From the human T2T-CHM13v2.0 reference genome, Homo sapiens: a stretch of DNA of 64,000 bases. The notes under the pieces are model-generated. The model did not search any database and was not told the DNA's origin. It worked only from the letters and a program-made list of their open reading frames with translations. The stretch is taken from NCBI RefSeq assembly GCF_009914755.1, contig NC_060937.1; one strand, given 5' to 3'. Below, in pieces: positions 1 through 15,303 of the stretch. Position numbers and translations under genes: made by a program. Numbering within the stretch: position 1 is the first letter of the stretch; each line of letters opens with the position of its first letter.

Positions 1-60
1 ATCCACCTGGGTTTTTCTCCCAGAGTTCTGGGATTATAGGGGTGAGCCACCGTACCCTGA
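1..60 (-). mobile_element. Alu 5' end fragment cut by the window edge
   Basis: ctcccagagttctgggattataggggtgagccaccg is the reverse complement of the Alu head. Confidence 0.75.
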
Positions 61-69
61 CGTATTTTT

Positions 70-800
70 CTTAACTTTAAATTTTGAAATGATTTCAGAC
101 TCACAGAAAAGTTGTAAAAATATTACAGGTAATTTCTGAATACACTTCACTCATATTTACCACATTTACTTTATCTTTCTATCTATATCTGTATTTACTG
201 GAAGCATTTCAGAGTAAGTTGCAGGCCTAGTGGCCCTTTACTCCTAAATATGTCTGTACTTCCTAAAAACAAGTAAATTTTCTTATGTAACTATAGCACC
301 ATAATCAAAATCAGGATTTGGACATTAACATATTACTGTCTTCCAATTTAGGGACTATATTCAAATTTCCCCAGTTGCCTCATTAATGCCTTTTGTGGTA
401 AAAGAAAAAAAAATCTGGTTCAGCATCCTGCATTGCATTTAGTTGTTGTATCTCTTTATTCTCTCTCAATCTGGAATAATCCTTAGTTTTTTGGTCAGTT
501 GTGATCTTAACATTTTTTAAGAGCATAAACCATTTATTTTATAAAATGTCACTCATTTTAGGTTTGCCTCTTTTCTCATGTACTAGATTCAGTCTTTGCA
601 TTCTGGGCAGGAATAGAAATGACACTGTCCATCTATGAGCACCATGTTGGTAGCACGAAGTGCCTCTTTATCCCATTATTGGTGGTGTTGGCTTTGTTAA
701 GGAGGTATCTCTGGCGTTTCTACACTGTAGACTTTCTATTTTCCTTTTGTCCTTAATAAAGTATCTTATAGGGAGATACTTTGAGACTCTATAAATAGCC
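70..800 (-). mobile_element. Ancient L1M 3' region fragment
   Basis: Contains ttcagactcacagaaaagttgtaaaaa, tgcattgcatttagttgttgtatctcttta and gggagatactttgagact, typical of antisense L1MC/ME 3' ends. Confidence 0.6.
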
Positions 801-2100
801 AGCATACTTTCACTCACTAGCTTTAGCATACTTCCTAGTTTGTATTTAGTGAGGAATAGGCTGAAGATGACAATGGCAGTGTCAGAGTTTATTATTATAA
901 TTTTTAGAATCATGAGGTAGGTAACAACACAGTGCCAAGGAGATTTAGTTTTCCCTAAGCTTATTCTGCTACCGAAATGAGATACATTAAGCACTCAGAG
1001 ATGAAGCACAACCTAATTTACCTCACAGTTGCATTTGACAAGCTTGGTTATATTTTGGGAAATAAATTTGAAGCAACAGATGAGTAAGAGGGAGTGGTAA
1101 GAGGTATTAGACACGATGCTAATAGTGACAGCTTGGTGGTGATTAAGAATACAAAACTAAAAATAGCAAGTAGATCTATAAAAAGCTAGCCGATTGTTAC
1201 CATCTAGCGTAGGTGTATGGAGCTAAACATATTTATTCTAGTCCATGAGGGTGATTATGGCATGAGATGTTATAAGGCACGATTATGTCCTATAATATGG
1301 CATTTGATAATTTTTTGTACCTGTTTGAACAAAAGATTCATGGTGAGCTAGGGATATAACCAATACAAATAAATTTATCAACAACTGTTAGACTCTGCAG
1401 TGTGGCACTCCCTTGAGAAATTTGTCTTTGAGGATTCAGGTATTATAACTTGGTAGGGCTTACTCCTTTTTTGTGAGTGTGAATTTTTTTTTTTTTTTTT
1501 GGGTTCGGGCTTACTCTTGCTCACTAAATCCCAAGATTTATATATTCACATGCTAATACGTTAACAATGCAAAACAGTGCTGTCTGGTGGATCCCTGATT
1601 TGTGTGCTTTTTAGAAAGAGCACATTGCTGTTGGGTAGGAAAAACATATGAAGCCAGGTTCTCAAATATTTGTGTGGTAAGGATGGAGTAACAATAAGGG
1701 AATTCCACTTTGTATTTTGAATGTTTTTGAGGCATTGTTTCCAAAAGTGTGTTCCATGGACTTGGCAACTCATAAAGGTACTTTGCAAAAGGAGGAGGAA
1801 GTGCTGCGCAAGGCCCTTCTCTAGGAGAGTCACAGGACATATGGGCATCCTAATGACAAGAGTCTTTCCTAAACAATCTGTTGAACTGAGATTAACCCGG
1901 TGTTTCCCAAATAGAAGTGACACAGAAACCTTTTCCCCCCACATAATAGCCCTCAAAACAGATGCATATTAGCATCAGACTTCTGTAGTTACATTTTTCT
2001 TCTAAGTGGGACAAGATGAACTTGTTGGTTTACCAGACACCAATTTTTGACTTTTTTGTTTTTTTATTTTTATAACCTTTTGATCAAGTTAACCATCTTT

Positions 2101-2240
2101 TCCCTCCCTCCCTCCCTCCCCTCCCTCCCTCCCTCCCTCCCTCCCCTTCCTCCCTCCCTCCCTCCCTCCCTCCGTCCTTCCTTCCTTCCTTCCTTCCTTC
2201 CTTCCTTCCTTCCTTCCTTCCGTCCGTCCTTCCTTCCGTC
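2101..2240. repeat. Compound (CCCT)n/(CCTT)n polypyrimidine microsatellite
   Basis: Directly visible; source of the spurious LPPS and EGRK ORFs. Confidence 0.97.
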
Positions 2241-3128
2241 CTTTTGTTCCTTTATATAACCCTGTTCTATCACTTAAGTATTGAGCTTAACTTGCAGAGA
2301 GAAACCATTGCTAAGCACTTGGGAATAGGGGGATATTTGTGATTATTTAAGCAATGTTGTGCTTATAAGATTTCTGGTAATAACACAGTCTAAAGGAAAT
2401 GCTTCATATCCTGTGGAGTAGCTTTGGAATCCTATGTATTTAGAAGGATTTCTTTCAAAAATGTTTAAAATTATAAGTTTTACTTTAAAGAAGTTAATTT
2501 CTTTTACCTGGAAAATTGAAGCAAGTTAGACTATTTTGTGGACTTATGCAGTACTTGTCAAAAGGTAAATGTTTTTTAAAATTTCTGTTAGTAAGGATTT
2601 TACCTTTAGCAGCTTGTTATTTTAGTTATCTGCTTAGTTGCTTCTAATTTGAATTACTTGTAGCTCCCTAATTTAGATTGTAAAATGTTATGGCTCTGTT
2701 ATATGACTTAAGTTTAGAACACAGTGGGTCCACTTTTGGATCCCATTCAAAGTGGATCTGATGTACTTATTTTCCTACACAGTTAAAGATCCCTCTTCAA
2801 AGGTGAAGCAGAGACACAATAAATTTGGATCTTGAAACCTTCATAGTAATATGCTTTTTAAAAGACATGTATACATAATTGTATAGCCATTGCATATACT
2901 TTTATACATACATTTCTTTCATATACATTACTGTCAGGAAGATCAGGAAGATAATGTCATCTCTTTAGTGAGATAAATTCCAACTCCATCGTGACCACTT
3001 ACCATAGATGTGACTCTGTATTTGCTGTTCATTCATTCAATATGTATTTATTTGCCTTGTATATAGTATGTACTTATATGGGCACTGGTCATAGAAAGAG
3101 GAAACTGAATGGTTCACTTAACTTTTGA

Positions 3129-3495
<367 letters not shown>

Positions 3496-4872
3496 AGGTT
3501 CACCTCTTGAGTAGAGTGCTGAGATGCTTTCTCACATGAGATTGGTTTCTAGTAATAATAGAGGGTTTTTTTGCTAGTTACTTTCTTATTGTATTTATCT
3601 TATAGAGTCTTGGTTCTTACAAAATCATAATTTGCTTTCAAAAATACATATTTTAAACTACCTAATAAGATCTTTATTTAGTGTCACATTTACGAAGGGT
3701 TGATGCTTATTTTAGTGATGATTTGTCATTAAAATTATGTCAAAATGTCTTAAAATGTTGTTGAAACTGTAAGCAAACTCAACACGCACAAAGCTAATTA
3801 TGGGTGCCATCTGTTTATTTTTACAAAGCTTTTTTTTTAAGACTATGGCATTGTCTGCTTATGATAAGCTTCAAGATTATTATAATGACTAAGTCCTGTC
3901 CTTCAATTAGTGTAGTTGAAGATGGGAAGATAATTCGTTTGTTCACTGACCTTTTCCTGTGTCAGAGTGTATGAAATATGACATGTCATGATAAAGAAAC
4001 TATTGTGAAGTGCATTTAGAAGATACTTAATTTTTATGAGAAAAAAATGACATCAAAGCAGCAGATGTGGCCAAAGTTTTGTTTAAATTCTTAGAACTTA
4101 TTCAAGGTTTTAGATGAACGGTAGACTTTTCCAGTGACTTAAGTGGCTTCATTTTAACTCAAGGTTAAGAATTTCTAAGTGATCGACCAAGTTTATGTTG
4201 ACATGTATCCCTGTTTGTGTACCTATATGTCAGCACATGTTTTTGTACATACATATCTCATGTGTTAGTGCAGAAGGCCAGGTACATGCATGACAGCATC
4301 AGCCCAAGTAGTTATCAGCAATCTGCTGAGAGAGCAGAGCGATCGCACTGGCTCTGTTTTGCAATTGTGCATGCTAAGCATTACCCAAGTCAGTGTGGAG
4401 GGAAAGCAACCTGAAGGATCCATCTGCTCCCTTCTGCTACACTGCCTCGATGCAAGATTACACTAATCTGGCTGCTTGTCAGGACAGGTTAGTGAAAGCA
4501 TGCAAGTGGGTGAGACTTAGGGTGGACTAGTGCTTTGGAAAATCATAAGCTGCCCCTGTAGATGCCACGTTAAGTGCAGCAGAATAGGTTGATTATCGGC
4601 CACATTGAAGATTGCCGTGAAATAAATATATAGCTTTTTGGTTAAGAATTAGTTTCAAAATTAAAATTCTTAAATATTGTTGGACCACAGATAAATCAAA
4701 ATTGAGAAAAATAATACAGATAGTTTACAAATACTTTTAGGCCTTAGTTTTTCTTATGATTTGTGTATTGTGTTTATTCTTTCATTTTATTCCCCTAGCT
4801 CAAGAGTTTTTTAGTCAAATATGTTCAAATGTTACATTCGATTAACTTCATTTTACCCAAAAACTTTTGTGA

Positions 4873-5091
<219 letters not shown>

Positions 5092-6339
5092 TGAATGGTG
5101 TTGGGAGGAAGGATGGTGGTTATGTCCAGAGTCATGAGACCTGGTATAGCCAAACAATGAGGTAAAGTTAGGGTTTTATAATGTTGCCAACTATTGGATT
5201 ACGTAATCCATAATTAAATCAGAAAAAAATTAGATAATTTTGACCTAATTCCAGATAGTTTTAAAGAATTGGGCTTAGTTAATTGTCATGTATTTGTAGA
5301 TGGGGAAATAGCTACCAATCCTTTAAGAGGCAACAGAGCATTGGTTAAATACTCTTGAGCTTGAATGGACCATGGTTTTTGTTTTGTTTGCATTTTCTTT
5401 GTTTATTTTCAAACAACACTAACAAGAAGTAGCATTTATTTCCATGGGTTTTTTAAAAAAATGCCCACCTTGGGTACACATTAGTTGTTGATCAGATATT
5501 TACTTAAAATTTTTCCCAACCTTTTTTTTGTATAATTTTCTCCTTTATTATTACATAAAAATAACAATCAAAATTTAAATTGTAAAGCTTTTAGTAAAAC
5601 ATGTACTCTTAATTTATAATTTTAATTTTGGGTTTTACTCATAAACTCTCAGTTCAGTACTTCTAAATGCTTTTTTTCAAATGACTAAAACAAGAATGCA
5701 AGGTAACATTTGTACTATTTTTACTTTTCGACATCAAAAATGTCTGTCAAGATTAAAAATAAATCAGTGTCTGTGTTTAAGAATACTGAGAGCTGGTTTG
5801 AAATATTTTTCAAGGAGTTCAAAAATATGTTTTGGCGTGACTGTATTGCTCTTGCTTTTTTCATATTTTAAGTAGTATTACTTTCATTCTTATGACACTG
5901 AACCTGTTTATTCTGATGATCTAAGATATTTACAAATGAAGTGCATATCTAGTAGCGTGCAAAGTTTTTTTTTTCAGGTCTTTATTTGAAGAACCCAAAT
6001 TCTCAAGTTTTACCATATGTGAACTGTTTTGAGAAGTAAGAAAAACAAATATCTTTAGTATACCACATTTGTTGTTCTAAACTTGAGTATGTTTTGATGT
6101 AGGGCCTAGGTTATTTTATTTTTTGCCCAAGGCATTCTAAGAAGTTTTATAAAATGTTGGAATTTTACCAATTTCAATAAAGTATGAACAAGGTCAGGCT
6201 AAATTCTGCTTACAGTTCTGTTTGATTTTTAAGTACATTCTAAGTTGTCTAGCGTAAAAGACAATAATATTCTGAAATCTGTGATTTGGTAAATACCATA
6301 TGTTGAAAATAGACCTATAAATGGTTCTTCATTGTGTAA

Positions 6340-6489
<150 letters not shown>

Positions 6490-9232
6490 TAAGCTGTAAT
6501 ACCAGCTGAAGGGTTAAAATCGTGATTTATGTCATACTTTTATGTTAAAGCATGTCAACACCAAAGGGTGTAAATTGAAGGACAAGTGAAATTCATGGGA
6601 ATCATGGTTTTTGTGTTGAAAACAAATTTTTTTCAGTATTTTGTGGTGTTCAAGAAAGTCAGGATTCACTGGACAGGGGAAGCCTGGGGACATCTGATGA
6701 TATAAATGATAGCTTACAGTGTTCCCAATTCTTTCGAAAATTATAATAAAAAAGGCTGTGAATCCTAAGAATGAGAAATGATGTTTTGTGTTACAATTTA
6801 ATCTTTTCAATAAATCGAGTCCAACCCTGCTATATAGTCACTTGTCAAGAAATTCAAGCACAAAATCAGCTCCTTAATTGAAATTTAAGGAGATTGAATT
6901 AAGGCAAACAAAGTGTGCCTCAGTCTATTAAACCTCATGGACTTTAAAGAGTAATAATATTTATATCAGTTAAATAAAAGTGACCACTGTCCATTTTATT
7001 CCATAGCTCTTCTGTATTTAATAGCTATTTTGAAAATAGTTTTTGTTGCAGAAAAAGAGCAAGGACATACCCTTTTTCTTAATCAAGGTAATAAGTGCAT
7101 ATATATATATATATATGACATTATGTTAGCTAGTAGATGACAAGGCTGTACCATCTGTGAATATTCAAATTATTCATTTTGATTACTGGCATGAAGATGG
7201 TGAAAGATTACAGGAAGAATTCTAAATCTGAAGATATTATTGGATATATGATTTATTTCACTTTTTAAATTGTTTTTGCCCATGTGCTTTCTAAAGGGAC
7301 TTGACCCTTTCTGTGCTTGGAGACTCCATGCTGTGTTCAAAGCCAGAAGGCAGAAAAAAAATTGTGAAGATTTAACAGGCATTATGTGACGTTAAATAGC
7401 ACATGAGAAAACAAGTATCATAGGGACATATCTAAACACTTTTTTAATCAAACAAAAGAAGTATTAAATAAGAATTCATAATGATTACTCTAGTTGTTAG
7501 AAGTTTTCACCATGTTGTAATAGCTAACAGGATGTCAAACATTTTGCCCTCGCAAGTTTTTGCAATTTGCAATTTTCAAACGTGAGACCTGTTGAAAGTA
7601 CAAGTGATAATGGACAAACTATACCCCCTACAGTCTTCATCCCACCAAATCTTTCTTCAATTAATGCTGCAGCAGGAGTTTTATGTAATAACATTTGCAG
7701 TTGTGAGCCATCCATAGAAAGAAAAAACAATTAAAATGCCTTAAATGTTCTGCTTACTGCTGTTATTTGCTTGTGTGAATGTTGCATGTCAGCTAAATGG
7801 ACCAAGGAGTAGATAAAGTGATTGGGTGCAGGAGAGTGCACACTAAGCTTTGTCTATCATTATTGCTGGGAGCAATCAAATTGATGTCAGCAGGACAGTA
7901 GATGCGTTGACAGCTGTAATTATGTATCTCCATGGTGATCACTTTTGGCCTGTCATGGAGGCCCATGAGTCCCCTCCCTTGGAAGCATTTAATCAGATTG
8001 GGCTGTCACTTGTCAGGTAGACATGGCGGGCTGGGAGTTGTGCTTAGGGGGAGAGGTGAATTGAGAATGAAGGGTGGGAGATGTCTGATAGTTTCACAGA
8101 GTCCACTGTGGTACTGAAGACAGAAATTTTAATTGTGCTAGAGGTTTCTGAGCAGTGGTTTGAGAATCTCGTACAGAGGTGCTTGGGTGTTTTGTTGTGG
8201 TTGTTATTGTTTGTTTTTCTTCCTTGTCTTATTAAAACTAGAGCAGTCAGTTTACCTTAGAAAACAATTTTTGGCTCTTACCTTTTTTGGTCACAAGAAT
8301 GCATACTTAAGAGTTAACTTATGGTTTGTACTTTTCACATGCTTCATTAAGCCTGAGATTTATTAATATGGCAGAGGTGAAGATTTCCTTTTTTATTTTT
8401 GATCATCATGTTTTGTAAATTTGTTATTTTCAGACCACAGTTTTGTTCTGCTCAGAAATTTGGTTCTGATTTCATTTGAATTTTTTCTTAAAGTTTTTAG
8501 TGCAAATTTGTATAGCCTTTCATTGAAGGAATGGAGACTTGATCTGACTTCAGATTGGTTGTTAAGAAATAAAAATATAGCTGATTATTACTTGGAAAAA
8601 GCAGCATAAATAGTAAATTATAAAGCAGAGTTTTCATACTGTGGTACAGTTTTTAATTGGGAATACTGATTTGCTTATACAAAGATACGTGTTTATATAT
8701 ATCTTGATTTTATCGTATGTATTTTAAAGTTAAGATGACATAACTTCTGTGATCATAATATTAGTAAATAACAAAGACAGTTATATTTAATTAAGATCTG
8801 TAGGTAACACCTTATAGGATGATATTATTCAAGGCAACTGAAGTTTTAAGTAAGGAACTGTAGAAGAACATAATAAATATTCTTTATTGTCTATGTTATT
8901 TTATTTGTGGGTTGAACATCTAAGTTCTTCCTAGCTTTGTAGCAGTTTATGTAGCAAATGATAGGATGTAGTTAAAGTCAGAAGTTTTAGAACTTGTATC
9001 AGTCTCGTTTGTAAACACAGCATTAGCAAGCATGCTGTGGTTTTAAAGATGACATAGTGGTCAAATTAGCTCTTTCACTTTTTAGTACTAAAATTAAGAA
9101 AATGAAAACTCACAGATATATTTTCTGTTATGTAACCCGTTTACTAGTTGCCATTTTGGGGCTCTTTAATGTGGGGAAAAGGTAGATTGTGATTTTATTG
9201 CTTTTAAAGCTGCTCCATTAATTTTTTTCTAG

Positions 9233-9316
9233 TTTTTGTCAACACTGTGAATTTCATAGAACATCAGTTTATGTCCTGAAATATGTTTTCAGAAAATAGA
9301 AAGCCAAGTATATTTC
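9233..9316 (+). other. PCCA: 84-nt PCCA pseudoexon (poison exon) in intron 14
   Basis: Acceptor atttttttctag|TTTTTG and donor TATTTC|gtaagt give exactly 84 nt. In the exon-14 frame it reads F-L-S-T-L-TGA(9248-9250)-I-S-TAG(9257-9259). It matches the established 84-bp PCCA cryptic insertion between c.1284 and c.1285. Confidence 0.9.
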
Positions 9317-10575
9317 GTAAGTGTGCTGAATGATTTTTGTTTATAATTAAGATTTTTGTATATGAATGTGAATACGAATACAGATATCTATATTTTTGTT
9401 TGTGCTTGCAAATACAGAAATAAAAGCCCTTCAGGTATGTTATAGTGTTCCTTTTACAACCTTACAAAGAGAATAATAGTAGTGTGAATTTTAAGAAAAT
9501 GAAACTATCGCTTGTCTTCTGATGTCACCGTATAATAAAGCCATCATTATACCCTCATGTGGATATCCTAGACAAGAGGTTCTACATGTGGTCCCTTGAT
9601 AATTGCCTAAATTAAAATATTAAAGGCCTAACAGCCGCTGTGTTGACCTTTTTCTGCCTTGCTGCAGACAGATGAGCTGCTGTTTATTAGGAAGGCTTCT
9701 TCCCACAGGTGGAAGGCTACGTGAGCTTCCGCTCTTCTCTTCCCACCCCTTTACAATGTTGGGCATCAAAGTCCTGCTGTTCCAGCAGCTTTGATTCAGT
9801 TCCTCCATCCTCAAGACCCCTAGGATGTGCCTGACAGTCTGAAGTATTTTGATTAGCTTTTAAATACTTCAGATTCCAAAACTTCTTTCTAATAATTTAA
9901 TAAATGTTCTGTCCTCAGTAACTGCTCATTTTTAAAGTTTTGCATGGCTAACCTCCGTGCCTTGCTGCTGGTATCAAACTGGGAAATGAAAACAAGAATC
10001 AGTGATGTACTAACTCACTCGTTGGCTGGTTAACAGCAATCAGCCTCTTCAAAAGAATTATTTTGAACTTGTGCTATCCCCCTACCCCCCACCCCAAGAA
10101 AATCACAAAATCAGAACTCTAATTGGGGCTTTACAAAGCAAAGCCATAGGAAAAGCTGTGTAAACATGAAAGCCTCAGGGGAGCAACAGTAACAGAAAAA
10201 TAGTGTTTTACAGTTGAGAGGGTGAGGCAGAAAAGGAAAGTGTTACAGACATGAAAGGCCCAGGCCCACATTCCTATGGAGCTGAGGACCAGGCTTGACG
10301 AGGGGCCTCACTGGTGGGCTCAGAAGGGTCTGGCAGGGAGTGCAGTTAGCAAGGGCATCGTCCATGCCATGCTTCAGCTGGAAGACACCATCAGAGAGCC
10401 ACAGCATCCTGGCATAGTGATGTAGGAAGTCTTCATTTTTTATTTTTTATTTTTGCTGTTTTTTAGTTTCGTCATTCAGTGGCAGAACAAAAAATGTGTT
10501 GCATTACATATTAACGGATCAAGATTTTAGATTGTTTTCCTATTTTCCAGAAGTTGAAATGTTATTTGAGATTGA

Positions 10576-10770
<195 letters not shown>

Positions 10771-11317
10771 TGATTTCTTCGAAAAATCAATGATATTTAA
10801 AGAGTCTGAAACTGGGCCTTTATCTGAATCATAAGCTATAATTAAACAACTAATTATGCACTGATGTAAATGTGAAAGCAGAGCAGGTTTTTTCTCTTGA
10901 GAGAAAATTCAGCGTTATGTTAGTTTGTAGTACTCCTCCTCCCCAACTAAATCATGCCACACCATCACACACATGCATGAACAATAATAATAATAAACAT
11001 CTAACCAGTGGTGCCAGCCTAACTCATTGCCATGAGAAGGAATTAAGGTTTTTTTTGGCCATTGGCAGAAATTACCTGAGATGGAAGTATGAATGAATGG
11101 CAAGAGTTGGGCTGATAGGCAGTGTTTGTTAGAGTACTTTTTGATCTTTTCTCTTCAGTTTTTACAAATTACCAATTATTTAAGTAGATGTGATGTAAGA
11201 GTATAAGATTTGTTTTGCCCACCTGTCTTTTTGAAGTTTGACTTTCCAGAATAAATGAATTGAATTTTTGGATCTTTAAACCCTTAAAACCGTATAAAGT
11301 GTAAAATGCTGTAATAA

Positions 11318-11635
<318 letters not shown>

Positions 11636-11817
11636 AGATTGTGGATTTTATTTTGAAAATTCTGTGTTCTCTGAAATGATACATCTGGATTGAGGAATGA
11701 TTTGTTTTTCAAGCCTTGTTTCTCAAGATGGCTTTTCCCCAAGTGTCCTTTTTAATGTTATAGTTGCAGTAAACAAACACTTTTTTATCTGTCTTTCTTC
11801 AGTTAGGGTTTTAGTGC

Positions 11818-12108
<291 letters not shown>

Positions 12109-12595
12109 TAAGTTATTAGTAGTATTAAAATAAAATTTAGGTCTTTTGTTTATTAGAGAACCACCATTTAATTTAAAAATAAAACTATGTAAAAATATTA
12201 TACGTTGATTTTTAAATATTCCATTTTTAGATGAATGTTTTTCTCTTCAGAAAAATGGCCTACAAATTAATTTTCAAATTTGCTTGATATTGAAGAGCTA
12301 GTAAAACCTACTAAAATAATCACAATCTATAGATTGGCTAATATAACTGCCAGAAAAATCTTTAATGAATAGTTAAGGTCTTATTTCATTGCCAAATTAT
12401 AGAGATACATATAAGTAGGCACTAAATCATGTAGAATAGTAAGACTTTTCTGTTTTTTTGATTTCTGAAAAAGTACCATTTGCTTCTGTGTATATTATAT
12501 GTAAAACTGCAAATGATTTCTAAGATAGTCGTCTTCTTTCTTTATACTTTTATTTTTGAAACTTTACTTTTTTTGTTAGTTATGAAAGTGTTAAG

Positions 12596-12902
12596 GGCTG
12601 GACGCAGTGGCTCATATCTGTAATCCCAGCACTTTGGGAGGCTGAGGTAGGTGGATCACCTAAGGTCAGGAGTGTGAGACCAGCCAGGCCAACATGGCAA
12701 AACCCTGTCTCTACTAAAAATACAAAAAAATTAGCTGGGCGTGGTGACACACGCCTGAAATCCCAGCTTCTCGAGAGGCTGAGGCGAGAGGATCGCTTGA
12801 ACCTGTGAGGCGGAGGTTGCAGTGAGCTGAGATTGCGCCACTGCCCTCCAGCCTGGGCAATAGAGCGAGACTCCATCTCAAAAATAAAAAATAAAAAGAA
12901 AG
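12596..12902 (+). mobile_element. Alu (AluSx-like)
   Basis: Sense Alu with A-tail; TSD gaaagtgtta. Confidence 0.95.
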
Positions 12903-13315
12903 GAAAGTGTTAGCTATTCAGGGTATCAAACTTGGAAACCACAGAAAAATAGGGAAAAAATGTCTTATCTAATCCTCACCACTACCCTTGGTGTTCAAAT
13001 CCTATCTCATATATTCACGTTTAGCTGTATCTCCTTTTAAATTTTTTCTGTACTTACTTTTGTTACGTTTTTGTTTTTGTAAAATCACTCTTTACTATGA
13101 TAATGAAATGTAGGAGAAGAGTCTGAAATAGCTTGATTCTAATATTTATATACTTAAAAAATCATAATTGACATGTATTGAAAACTGAACTATCATAAAA
13201 TTTCGAGATATATTTAGAAATCTGTTATGAAATATTTTAATTTTTACTAAAATGAATCATTTAACATAGTTCTAAATATATATATATATTGGGTTTTTTG
13301 TTTGCTTGTTTTTAG

Positions 13316-13504
<189 letters not shown>

Positions 13505-14436
13505 TAAAGAGAAATAAGAAAAACTCAAATCCATCAAACCACCATACCAAGTATAGCCGTTTCCACTGTTTTAAGCAAATGCATATTTTCTCTATATGCC
13601 TAACATATATATTACTCTATATAACCAGTACACATTGGTTACACAGGCCTTCAGGAGGGCGTCTTTTTTCTTACAGAAGTAATATTGCTGTGGAGAGGTC
13701 TTTAGTGCGTATTTGGGACACACGTTCAGTTTATGTGAGTTTATCTATGTTTATCTATATATGCGAGTTTAGATAGACATAAATAAGTTACTTGGGAAGA
13801 TTATTCCTGGAAGACATTAAAGTATTTGTAAGCACATTCTATGGGGATTTTCTCCCTTTTTATCTCTGCATTTTTATTGTGGTAATTGAAATACTAGATT
13901 TTGGTTAATTTAATTTTTACTCTAATGTGCTTGAGCAGTAAATCCATGAATTTGAGAGTCTGAATAAGAATATTTTGTCAAAACTCATTTCTGTTAAACT
14001 GTGATATAATACGACATAGGGGCATGGCATCTGGGCAGTTTGTCAAAATATTAGATTAGTTTTGGTCCCAACTAGAAGTTATTTATCTACTCCATCTGGC
14101 TTCTGAAAGGAGTACTCTTTTGTATTTACATGAATACCATTTCATGTTTTACACTTAAATGAACATTTTCCCACTAATTTGCTTACTCTATATATGTATA
14201 TATAGGTTCACCAGTTACTACAGTTTTTAAGTGACTAAAATACAAAGTAGGCTTGCCATTATTCTCCTAACTTTATATGTGTCACATATAAAAAATAAAT
14301 TTTGTTGTATAGGTAGATTTTTCCAGGCTTAGTCTGAAATTTTGCCTTTGAATTACTGTGATGTAGTAGACAGAAACCAGACAAAGCTAGGTTCATAGCC
14401 CCTGTCCTGACGCCATTTAATAATTATGTGATTTTT

Positions 14437-14730
14437 GGCCAAGCACGGTGGCTCACACCCGTAATCCTAGCACTTTGGGAGGCTGAGGCGGGTGGATTGT
14501 GAGGTCAGGAGTTCAAGACCAGCTGGGCAAAGATGGTGAAACCCAGTCTCTACTAAAAATACAAAAATTAGTCAGGCGTGGTGGTGGGTGTCTGTAATCC
14601 CCGCTACTTGGGAGGCTGAGGCAGAAAATTGCTTGAACCCGGGAGGCTTAGTTTGCAGTGAGCCGAGATCACGCCACTGCATGCCAGCCTAGGTGACAGA
14701 GTGAGAGTCCGTCTCAATGAAAAAAAAAAA
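14437..14730 (+). mobile_element. Alu (AluS-like)
   Basis: Sense Alu flanked by the direct repeat aataatta(t/c)gtgattttt, sitting inside a MIR-like segment. Confidence 0.93.
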
Positions 14731-14971
14731 TTTTTTTTTAAATAAATAATTACGTGATTTTTGTCAAATGACTTTGTCTCTCTGAATCTCATACTCCACA
14801 TTTGAAAAATGGAGTGATAGTCTCTGCCTTATAAATTACTGGTGAGGATTAACTGAGGTTAAGTATATAAAGGGCTTGGCACCACACTGGCTTATGTTGT
14901 TCAATAACTTTAGTTGTCATCCTTTCTTCCTCTTTCCTCACACTTAATAAAACCATATATTTAAGAATCAA

Positions 14972-15303
<332 letters not shown>

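Noticed and set aside
2047-2273. Pro/Ser-rich and Glu/Gly/Arg-rich ORFs
   Set aside because: Artefact of the tetranucleotide microsatellite.
2725-2760. Short imperfect hairpin (tccacttt...aaagtgga)
   Set aside because: An 8-bp stem with no other RNA-gene or MITE features I can support.
9425-9440. cttcag|gtatgt recursive-splice-site-like motif downstream of the pseudoexon
   Set aside because: The pyrimidine tract is very short and the intron is only ~4.2 kb; such a motif is expected by chance.
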